This document shows, one piece after another, positions 33,945-41,767 of a stretch of 41,767 bases of DNA. Source of the DNA: Myxococcota bacterium (lineage in GTDB: Bacteria; Myxococcota_C; UBA6777); assembly GCA_023150835.1 (NCBI GenBank), contig JAKLKB010000053.1, positions 1 to 41,767 on the forward strand. Reading direction: 5' to 3'. The notes beneath the pieces are model-generated. The model made no database searches, was not told where the DNA came from, and worked only from the letters and a program-made list of their open reading frames with translations. The position numbers and the translations under genes are program-made. Every line of letters begins with the position of its first letter. Position 1 is the first letter of the stretch.

Positions 33945-36710
33945 ATGCAATTCAAGCCGGGTATGTATGTGGGAATCGACTTGGGAACAACCAATACGGT
34001 GTTGAGCCGCTGCCTTGTGGATCCACACGGCGATCTGCTCGCTCCGAAAACCATCCCCATCGCACAACAAACCGATGAACTGGGCAATATCGAAGAGAGA
34101 GAAAAACTGTGTTCATCGATCTTTGTGGACGAAGAAGGCCAGATGTTTCCAGGCGAATATGCACAAAAGCGCTTGATGAGCCGTCAAGACGCCCACGACG
34201 TCATCGCTTGGTGGAAAAATGATATCGGGCTTCGGAACAAAGACGGGGAGCTTCGCACTTGGGAGATCCATCACCGACAGATCGACGCAAAACAAGCAGC
34301 ATCTTGCGTCTTAAAGCATATCCGCAAGCAATTCGAAGAAAAGTACCCCGGAGTGCGAGTCGCTCCTGTGATCACGGTTCCAGCGTCTTTTCCCGAGCAG
34401 ATGAAGCAAGCAACGCTCGAAGCCGCCTATGATGCGGGATGGTTCGAAGAGAAACAAAGTCCGATTCTTCTTTACGAACCCATCGCTGCTTTGATTGCGT
34501 ATCTTTCATGGTACGAATCAGAACAGATGCCATTGCCTCCTGAGAAGCGTTCACCTGATCTGCAACAAGGCGGTCGTTTGTTGGTGTTTGACATCGGCGG
34601 AGGAACGGTCGACGTTACCATCGCACGCATCGAGTCTTTTTTATTTCAAGGCCAAACCAAGATGCGGGCTTATGTCGAAGATTACGCGCCGCATACACTA
34701 CTCGGCGGATATCGCTTTGACACGTTGTTTGCGGATGGGGCGTTGTGCTTTTTTTGTAAGGAAAACGGTATATCACCCGAAAAATTACCTCAAGAAGATC
34801 GAGATTCGCTCTATGGAGAACTCATCGAGTGGAGCGAAAAAGCCAAGATCAGCCTATCTAGCGGGCAATCCAGCGTTTCAAGAAGGCTCAACATTCCGCC
34901 CTCACTGCGCGGACCCGACGGAAAGCGGATCGCCACGCTCACGGTAGAGGCAGAAGATTACAAGCAATACATCTCGCCGTTGTTGGGTGGGACGCTTTCG
35001 CTAAACAGCGTTTTGCCGAAGAGCGAAACAAGACACATCGGAGAGGCCGAAACCATTGTTGAGCCGATCATCCGACTCATGCAGCGCCATCAATTGCGCC
35101 CAACGGATCTTGCGGGCTGCCTTTTGGTGGGAGGGATGACCTACCTCCCAGCTTTGCGTGAAAGGCTCGAGCATTTGTTCGAGTACAAAACACCGCTGAT
35201 CTGGGGTCAAATCGATCCCCTCAATGCTGTCGCCTACGGAGCGGCGATCCACAACGCCCAAGTCTTAAACGGCGTTTCGCCTCACATGGCAGCCATCCGC
35301 CCCGTTGAATTGTTGGTTCACCAGCAAAAAACACGCAGTACGGAGTGGGTTGCGGTGATCGAAAAAAACCAATTTCTGACGTATGGCGAAAGCCTTCACA
35401 AACAAAGCCCTACGCTGTTGTTCCCACGAGGCCAGCGCGAGATCAGCCTGAGATTTCGCTACGGCGGGATTCAACGTCGAGGATTAAAATTTTCCTATCC
35501 CGAAGAACTTACAAGCGAGCAAGAGCGGGCTTTTGTTTGCAAGCTGTCGGTTGACAGCCGGACACACATTTTGCGTATTCATGCGTATTTGTTAGACTTT
35601 CCAGACGTCAAGCTCGAAGTCGATGTTGACGAAACACCCCAACAAGCCGAAGAAGTCGCCGAACCTCTTGCGACGTTTCCACCTTCTCTTGCGACAAAAG
35701 TGCTTCCTCCTCGCCACTTGCCACCCGCCCAAGATCCCGAATTGAATCGACAAAGCAAAGATCTCGGCAAGATGCTTCGGTGGTTAAAAAGTGCCAAAGA
35801 CAGCCATATCGCTTCCACAAACAGAAAAGAGATCGAGAAATCTTCTCACGCAGGCATGATCGTGCCGGATATCGTTGCAGAACTAAAAAATAACGAAGAG
35901 CTTTCAATTGATGGGAAAACGCACATGGTGTTGTTGGTCGGGCGTCTTTATGAGCGCTATACCTACGGCAACGCAATCAACCCTCAAACATCAAAAGAAG
36001 TCGCCGACAAGATGAAAGGTGCCTTGCCGCAAGTGCTTTCGTTTTTGCAGGGGCTGTTGCTTGATCCTTACGCGCACGCCACGATGCGCCAAAACGCAGC
36101 GGTTGCGCTCGGGTTTGCTGGGCTATGGAATACTTCTTTAATCAAAACACCGAAACTCCTGAACATGATCGAGGGAGATTCATCCAAGTATTTTCTGCGA
36201 GGTTCCGGTCCTTCGATCAAAACCGAGATACTCCGAGCCATCGGTAGAACGCTGCATACACAAGAAGATTGGTATACTTTTTTGCGGTCGTGGTGCAAAC
36301 AAGGACAAGAACACGTGGCGCTGATCGAGTCGGCGTGTTGGGCGATCGCTCGGATCTTGACTCGGGAGCCGCTTCTTTTGAAACAAACCGACCTGCAACT
36401 CGTGGAGAAAACGTTGTCCGAGATCAAAAACAAAGCGTTGACCCACGATAACCCAAGTGCTCGGATCATGGGTTGGAACGCAGTCGCTCTGTTCAGTATG
36501 ACCCACGACATCGGATTGGAACGCCCGATCTACGAACAAAGCGCACAAGCTTTGTTGGATTGGCTGTTTGAGCTCGCAAACAAGATCAAAAACTCCCCGA
36601 AAACTTCGTCGATTTGGCGCAACGTGGATTTCTTTTTGCGGGCAGCGGCGGGGCAAAAAATGGCGGAAGAGATGGCACACGAGCTAGAAAGCCTTCCTGT
36701 CTTGCGTTAG
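33945..36710 (+). CDS. Hsp70-family ATPase with divergent substrate domain and C-terminal HEAT/ARM-like repeats
   Basis: GIDLGTTN, VITVPASF, EPIAA, FDIGGGTVDV, LGGYRFD, EKAKISLS, LVGGMT, AVAYGAA. No canonical DnaK SBD or lid. About 300 aa of helical repeats at the C-terminus. RBS AAGGAG. Confidence 0.88.
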   Translation: MQFKPGMYVGIDLGTTNTVLSRCLVDPHGDLLAPKTIPIAQQTDELGNIEEREKLCSSIFVDEEGQMFPGEYAQKRLMSRQDAHDVIAWWKNDIGLRNKDGELRTWEIHHRQIDAKQAASCVLKHIRKQFEEKYPGVRVAPVITVPASFPEQMKQATLEAAYDAGWFEEKQSPILLYEPIAALIAYLSWYESEQMPLPPEKRSPDLQQGGRLLVFDIGGGTVDVTIARIESFLFQGQTKMRAYVEDYAPHTLLGGYRFDTLFADGALCFFCKENGISPEKLPQEDRDSLYGELIEWSEKAKISLSSGQSSVSRRLNIPPSLRGPDGKRIATLTVEAEDYKQYISPLLGGTLSLNSVLPKSETRHIGEAETIVEPIIRLMQRHQLRPTDLAGCLLVGGMTYLPALRERLEHLFEYKTPLIWGQIDPLNAVAYGAAIHNAQVLNGVSPHMAAIRPVELLVHQQKTRSTEWVAVIEKNQFLTYGESLHKQSPTLLFPRGQREISLRFRYGGIQRRGLKFSYPEELTSEQERAFVCKLSVDSRTHILRIHAYLLDFPDVKLEVDVDETPQQAEEVAEPLATFPPSLATKVLPPRHLPPAQDPELNRQSKDLGKMLRWLKSAKDSHIASTNRKEIEKSSHAGMIVPDIVAELKNNEELSIDGKTHMVLLVGRLYERYTYGNAINPQTSKEVADKMKGALPQVLSFLQGLLLDPYAHATMRQNAAVALGFAGLWNTSLIKTPKLLNMIEGDSSKYFLRGSGPSIKTEILRAIGRTLHTQEDWYTFLRSWCKQGQEHVALIESACWAIARILTREPLLLKQTDLQLVEKTLSEIKNKALTHDNPSARIMGWNAVALFSMTHDIGLERPIYEQSAQALLDWLFELANKIKNSPKTSSIWRNVDFFLRAAAGQKMAEEMAHELESLPVLR

Positions 36711-36725
36711 AGCAACACAAAAAGC

Positions 36726-39602
36726 CTATCGACGAGGGTTTCGCAGGAAGATCAGCAGCACGAACATCCAAAGCAGCATCAGCGAAGCATCCGAGGAGGC
36801 CCCTTCACAACCGCATCCGCCGCTGGTTGCGCCGTCGCCTGCTTTTTCAGGGTCATCCACCGCCGTGCCTTTTTCTACGGCCTGTTCGCCTGTTGTGCTG
36901 TCTGTTGTCTGTTCGGCTGCGGTTTCCCCCATCGTCTCGGAAGGTTCAACGCTGCTTTCGGTGCTTCCGTCCACAGCACCCTCGGCGCTGCCTTCGGATG
37001 GGGACTCGGTGACGCCTTCGGGTGTGGACTCGGTCGGAGGTTGGGGATCTTTGCACGATCTGCTGATCGAGTCGCAGGACTGACCAAGCGGACAAGCACA
37101 GTCGACGGGACAAGTCGCGCAGTTCTCGTCTTTTGCCGCATCACAGGCTCCATCCCCGCATGAATCGATCGCAACGCATTGTTTTTGTTTGCAAGACTGG
37201 CCCGCAGGACAGCCACAGTCCGCAACGCATGCCTCGCAATCTTCGCCCTGTGCCGCTTCGCACACCCCGTTGCCACAAGCTGTCGCCGCAACACAGGCGT
37301 TGTTTTGGCACTGTTTCCCCGCTGCACAGCTACAATCTGTTGCGCAAGATCCGCAGTTTTCGCCGCTTGCTGCATCACAAGTCCCATTTCCACAAGTGGT
37401 CAACGCAACACAAGCATTGTTTTGGCAAGCCTGACCCGTCGCACAGGCACAGTCGGCTGCGCAAGATCCGCAGTTTTCGTTGCGTGCAGCTTCACATACA
37501 CCGTTTCCACACGGGTCGACTGCGACACAGCGATCATTGGAACAAGCCTGACCCGCAGGGCAGCCACAATCCGCCGCGCAAGAATCGCAGTTTTCGCCTT
37601 GTGCGGCATTGCACACCCCATCCCCACAGGTGGTCAGAGCCACACAAGCGTTGTTGCGACAAGCCAGACCCGTTGCACAGGCACAGTCTGCGGCGCAAGT
37701 TCCGCAGTTTTCGCCAAGAGCCGCTTCGCACACACCGTTTCCACAAGGGTTGCTGACTTGACAACGATCTTGTTGACATTGTTGTCCAACAGGGCAAGTG
37801 CAATCTGCTGTGCAGGTTCCGCAGTTTTCACCTTGTGCAGGATTGCAGAGGCCGTCTCCACAGTTCGGCGTGGCGATCTGACAAGCGTTGTTCTGACAGC
37901 GTTGTCCCGTCGGACAAACACAATCCGCTGCGCAAGATCCGCAATCTTCACCACGAGCAGCCTCACACGTCCCGTTGCCGCAAGTCGAGATCACTGCGCA
38001 TGTTCCGTTGTTTTGGCATTGTTGGCCCGACGGGCAAGCACAGTCTGCTGGACAGCTTGCGCAGTTCTCTCCGCCCGCTGCATCGCACGTCCCGTTGCCA
38101 CATGTCGAAGGCGGCGCTGCACAAGCGTTGTTCACGCAATTTTGACCTGTCGGACAGCGGCAATCCGTCGGACAAGTCGCGCAATTTTCCCCCGCTCCAG
38201 CATCACAAGTCCCATTGCCACATGCGCTAAGTGCCGTACATACGTTGTTTTGGCATCGTTGACCGACCGCGCAGACGCAATCCGACGGACAGCTTGTGCA
38301 GTTTTCACCCAGCGAGCTTTCGCAAGTCCCGTTGCCGCAACGCTGAACGGCGACACAAGTGTTGTTTTGGCACGATTGCCCCGAAGGACACGCACAATCC
38401 GAAGCGCAGCTTGTGCAGTTCTCACCACTTGCGGCATCGCAAGTCCCGTTGCCACACGTCGAGATCGCCGTACACGCCCCTGCCGTCGAACAAGACTGCC
38501 CCGTTGGACAGATACAATCTGCCGGACACGTCGAACAATTTTCACTGCGCGCAGCCTCGCAAACACCGTTTCCGCAAGGATTCACGACGCGACAAGCGAG
38601 GCGATCACAGATCGCTCCGCTTGGGCAGCGACAATCTGACGGACAGGTCGAGCAGTTCTCAAGACTTGCAGCTTCGCACACACCGTTTCCGCAAGTCGAG
38701 ATCGCCTTACATTGGCCGTTTTCGCATTGCTGGCCGGGCGCACAAGCACAATCCAACGCACAGGAATTGCAGTTTTCACCGTTGGCCGCTTCACAAGTCC
38801 CGTTGCCGCAAGTGTTGTTGGCGCGGCAAAACCCGCTGCGGCAGATCTCACCGTTGGGGCATTTACAGTCTTTCGGACAGCTTTGGCAGTTTTCGTTGGC
38901 CGCCGGATCGCAAGTCCCATCCCCACAAGAAGCCAACGCAGTACACGTCCCATTCGCCCCACAGGTCCGTCCGGGTGGACAACGACAATCTCTTGCACAA
39001 GTGCTGCAATCTTCTCCGCGATTGTTTTCACAAACACCGTTTCCACAAGTCGCCATCATCCGACAAGCATTGTTTTGACATTGCTGGCCCGCAGGGCAAG
39101 GGCAATCCGCTGCGCACGTCCCGCAGTTTTCGCCGATATCGCAGATGTTGTTTCCGCATTGGCCGGGCGACACACAAGCATTGTTTTGACATTGCTGTCC
39201 CGCAGGGCAAGCACAATCCGCCGCGCATGTCCCGCAGTTTTCTCCTTGCGCAGCGTCGCAAGTGCCGTTGCCGCATTGCGTGAGAGCAACACAAGCATTG
39301 TTCTGACAGACTTGGCCGGCTACGCACTTACAATCTCGTCCACAAGTTCCGCAGTTTTCGCCTATCGCGGCATTGCACACACCATCACCGCAAGGATTGG
39401 CCCCACGACATTGATTGCCAACACACTGCTGACCTGCGGGGCAGCCACAATCTGCGGGGCAGTTGGCACAATGTTCTGTCGGTTCGCATGTCCCGTCTCC
39501 GCAAACCGCCCATGCTGCCGAAGGAAACCACACCATCGCCATCAAGATCCACCCGACGGCAAAAGAAAAAACTCGAAAAGAAAGGCGCACACAAGGCAAC
39601 AT
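36726..39602 (-). CDS. Cys-rich repeat surface protein with MYXO-CTERM-type sorting signal
   Basis: AGGAG before ATG 39602. Signal peptide ending AWA, 21 repeats of CG(D/N)GxC...ENCxxCxxDCxCxxGQxCxxxxC, an acidic S/T/E linker, and SGGCGC-TM-RR at the C-terminus. Confidence 0.88.
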   Translation of the reverse strand: MLPCVRLSFRVFSFAVGWILMAMVWFPSAAWAVCGDGTCEPTEHCANCPADCGCPAGQQCVGNQCRGANPCGDGVCNAAIGENCGTCGRDCKCVAGQVCQNNACVALTQCGNGTCDAAQGENCGTCAADCACPAGQQCQNNACVSPGQCGNNICDIGENCGTCAADCPCPAGQQCQNNACRMMATCGNGVCENNRGEDCSTCARDCRCPPGRTCGANGTCTALASCGDGTCDPAANENCQSCPKDCKCPNGEICRSGFCRANNTCGNGTCEAANGENCNSCALDCACAPGQQCENGQCKAISTCGNGVCEAASLENCSTCPSDCRCPSGAICDRLACRVVNPCGNGVCEAARSENCSTCPADCICPTGQSCSTAGACTAISTCGNGTCDAASGENCTSCASDCACPSGQSCQNNTCVAVQRCGNGTCESSLGENCTSCPSDCVCAVGQRCQNNVCTALSACGNGTCDAGAGENCATCPTDCRCPTGQNCVNNACAAPPSTCGNGTCDAAGGENCASCPADCACPSGQQCQNNGTCAVISTCGNGTCEAARGEDCGSCAADCVCPTGQRCQNNACQIATPNCGDGLCNPAQGENCGTCTADCTCPVGQQCQQDRCQVSNPCGNGVCEAALGENCGTCAADCACATGLACRNNACVALTTCGDGVCNAAQGENCDSCAADCGCPAGQACSNDRCVAVDPCGNGVCEAARNENCGSCAADCACATGQACQNNACVALTTCGNGTCDAASGENCGSCATDCSCAAGKQCQNNACVAATACGNGVCEAAQGEDCEACVADCGCPAGQSCKQKQCVAIDSCGDGACDAAKDENCATCPVDCACPLGQSCDSISRSCKDPQPPTESTPEGVTESPSEGSAEGAVDGSTESSVEPSETMGETAAEQTTDSTTGEQAVEKGTAVDDPEKAGDGATSGGCGCEGASSDASLMLLWMFVLLIFLRNPRR

Positions 39603-39831
39603 CTTGATCACTCCTTTTGTCCTAGCAAATCGATGTTTTGCAAGGTAGATATCCTCTGCGAAACAGTTGTCGTGCAGCCTTCGCAAAGGTCTCAAATTCA
39701 GACAAAAGGATCTCTGGCAAACCCGACTCCACGCCGATGTCCAGCTTTTTCCTTCCATTCGTCACTTTAACGACGAAGGATGCGTCGGTCCCGTCGAGCA
39801 TCTCTTGCAATGGATCGCCCGCAAAGCCTGA

Positions 39832-40569
39832 TTAGCGCTGTTTCGGAGGACGAGCCAGCAGCATCGTCACAAGCAACCCACCTAGCGCGCTCACGCCCAT
39901 GATGATCAAGAATGTTTCGAGCGAAACTTTCTTCTCTAAGACTTGGTTGTAGGCAACACCCGAAAGAGACACCAACAACGTAAAGGGGAAGAAAAAAGCC
40001 GCCATCAGATTGAGACGGTGGGCCGAAGCAGCCATCTGATAGCTGTTTCGGGCCTGTTCCTCGGCGCGCATCGCCACCCAAAATTCGAGCGCATGTTTGG
40101 CTTCATCGTAGAGCAAGCCTGCCGAACGCTCCAAGGCATACGCTCGATCCCGCAAATCGATCAGTTCTTTCACATCGGGCATGGCTTGACGGGCATTTTG
40201 GAGGACTTGGTGGAGATGCAAGATCGTGCGATGCAACGGCGTCAAAGACTCGATCACCACCGCATAATCTTCGACACCTTTGGCCTTTTCTTCGCGGTTA
40301 TCCAAAACGGCCAACTTTGCGGCGCAATCATCGAGATGTTCGCTGACGCTCTTGATCTTGGCGTCGTTGGACAACCACATCCCGTTCGGCTTTCGCCAAA
40401 ACAACCGACCTTCGCGCTTTTGCTCATCGGGTTCAGGGGGGCCATGCAAGACCAACAACAAGTGTCCCTCTGCGACCATCTCGCGTTGACGGCCCACTTC
40501 GCTTCCCAAACGGCTTCGAAACAATGCAGGGATCTCCGTCCATGCCATCGGTAACAACGATTTTTCCAT
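39832..40569 (-). CDS. CorA-like membrane protein (helical stalk plus 2 C-terminal TM), GMN motif degenerate
   Basis: HRLNLMAAFFFPFTLLVSLSGVAY resembles CorA ..LT....FLPLT.I.G.YGMN. Start ATG 40569 with GAGGGG (ORF track starts at 40692). Confidence 0.6.
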   Translation of the reverse strand: MEKSLLPMAWTEIPALFRSRLGSEVGRQREMVAEGHLLLVLHGPPEPDEQKREGRLFWRKPNGMWLSNDAKIKSVSEHLDDCAAKLAVLDNREEKAKGVEDYAVVIESLTPLHRTILHLHQVLQNARQAMPDVKELIDLRDRAYALERSAGLLYDEAKHALEFWVAMRAEEQARNSYQMAASAHRLNLMAAFFFPFTLLVSLSGVAYNQVLEKKVSLETFLIIMGVSALGGLLVTMLLARPPKQR

Positions 40570-40804
40570 CTTCCCCTCGCTTACCATTCCAGACGAAAAG
40601 AACTCACCCAAGCCAAACCATTTCGGCAAAAAGAACCATACCTGCAACAATGCTTGTGATGCAAGTTTTCTTTGCTCGGCCATCGGAAGCAACCGCCGTC
40701 AAAAAGCAATCGATTCGCCTACCATAAACGGCCCATCTTCCGCCCTCAAGATCAGGTGTGCAGAAACAGGCAATTCTGTAAGAAACGGTGGGTTGCCAGC
40801 ATTA

Positions 40805-41194
40805 TACGAGATCCGCCTATTGTATGATCGTAAAAATGTAGGGGCAGCCGTCCGTGAAGTACGTGAAAAAGTAGGGGCAGACAGGTGTGGCTGCCCAATC
40901 ACAGGGCGTTTACAACAAACCGCATCGACGCTTATGGGTACGCTTTTGACGGATATGGTAGGAATGATGATCGCAAACGAATGGCATGAGTTGGTCCAAG
41001 TGACAGGTGTGGCTGCCCAATCACAGGGCGTTTACAACAAACCGCATCGACGCTTATGGATACGCTTTTGACGGATATTGTAGGAAGGATGATCGCAAAC
41101 GAATGGCATGAGTGGGTCCAAGTGCCCCCTGTGGCCGCCCAAGAACAGGGCGTCTACGCACTATCCTACGGGAACACATCACACGGATATCGTA
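40805..41194 (+). mobile_element. Long REP-carrying MITE (390 bp) with 122-bp internal tandem duplication
   Basis: TACGAGATCCG (40805) to CGGATATCGTA (41184-41194). GTAG-REP motifs at 40838 and 40871. Unit 40880-41001 is repeated at 41002-41123. Confidence 0.75.
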
Positions 41195-41697
41195 TAAGTC
41201 CTATCGAAGAGCGGATAGGTTTGGGCTGTGGGTTCGTTTACTTTTGCTCCAGCGTCACTAAACCGTCCGCGCTTTTGCCTTCTGGAGATTTTTTCGATCT
41301 TTTCATCAGACCATGTGGAAGATATCTCACGCAGAATTTCTTCTAATCGAGGATTTATCGAGAGATTCCTTTCTTCTTTTCTGCGCAAGATGCCTTTGCA
41401 CCCTGTGGGTGTGATATAGAAGTTCTCTGTAGCGTTGACATCGATCACGTTGAAAAGATTACCGAAAACAGGATCCAAGGGTTGCTCTGAACCATTGATC
41501 GTCCGTCCGTTATCCACCAGTACGGGACTTTTTGAAAGATCAATTACAGTACATTCTGGAGAGACACGGATACAGGAAGAAAGCAACCCGGTGTCGGGAT
41601 CTGCCAAAACGATTGTTTTATCTCCTTGCCCACCTTCCGCACTGAACATTTGAAGTATGAGGAATAAGAGACCGGCGTTTGGGTTGGCAAAAAGCAA
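41179..41697 (-). CDS. Probable C-terminal module or subunit of a DNA (cytosine-5) methyltransferase locus continuing beyond the window
   Basis: LFNVIDVNATENFYITPTGCKGILRRKEERNLSINPRLEEIL resembles the LS.ILE....KYYLSP.AC.GILRRA..RG..LP..L..AL module of mobile-element Dcm-type methylases. AT-richer than the core genes. The stop lies inside the MITE. Confidence 0.4.
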   Translation of the reverse strand: MLFANPNAGLLFLILQMFSAEGGQGDKTIVLADPDTGLLSSCIRVSPECTVIDLSKSPVLVDNGRTINGSEQPLDPVFGNLFNVIDVNATENFYITPTGCKGILRRKEERNLSINPRLEEILREISSTWSDEKIEKISRRQKRGRFSDAGAKVNEPTAQTYPLFDRTYTISV

Positions 41698-41767
41698 GGA
41701 GCGAGATAGAGTTGCGCTTTGGTTTGTTTTGGCCGAAACAAAGGAGCGCTCTCATGAATATGCAAAC

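Noticed and set aside
31889-36710. Housekeeping grpE-dnaK operon
   Set aside because: Both proteins are much larger and more divergent than GrpE and DnaK; no canonical SBD, dnaJ, hrcA or CIRCE element. Gene symbols withheld.
37133-39770. Several long plus-strand ORFs opposite the Cys-rich gene
   Set aside because: Antisense shadows of a repetitive gene that has a clear RBS, signal peptide and sorting signal.
40793-41346. ORFs 40793..41071 and 41056..41346 as real genes
   Set aside because: They lie in or start within a repeat element, lack an RBS, and at most contain short transposase relics.

Overview
Chromosomal window from a moderately GC-rich bacterium, most likely Myxococcota: the tmRNA tag is ANDNVELALAA, and there is a MYXO-CTERM-type Cys-rich surface protein, a TPR-PEGA protein and a large STAND/AAA_16-TPR protein. 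Housekeeping genes are hemN, ssrA, galE, a PlsC-like acyltransferase, an SDR, a saccharopine-dehydrogenase-like reductase, a CobW GTPase, a MOSC protein and two divergent GT-C glycosyltransferases. Two accessory loci stand out. (1) A minus-strand operon at 11.3-16.4 kb encodes an XRE-HTH regulator, a small two-domain partner, a membrane-anchored Lon-type (S16, Ser-Lys) protease-domain receptor, a TPR-PEGA protein and a repeat lipoprotein. It looks like a myxobacterial kinase-receptor module in which a protease has replaced the kinase. (2) An AT-richer cluster at 31-36.7 kb encodes an RNase H-fold protein, a giant GrpE-like protein and an Hsp70-ARM fusion. The intergenic regions hold nested small mobile elements: IS231-like (IS4) MITEs, one with a perfect 11-bp GGG-N5-CCC target duplication, and TA-flanked MITEs carrying GTAG-type REP hairpins. 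One of these has apparent RAYT transposase remnants. The + strand is strongly C/A-skewed and many genes carry in-frame tandem repeat expansions. All family assignments come from motif recognition by eye; no searches were run.
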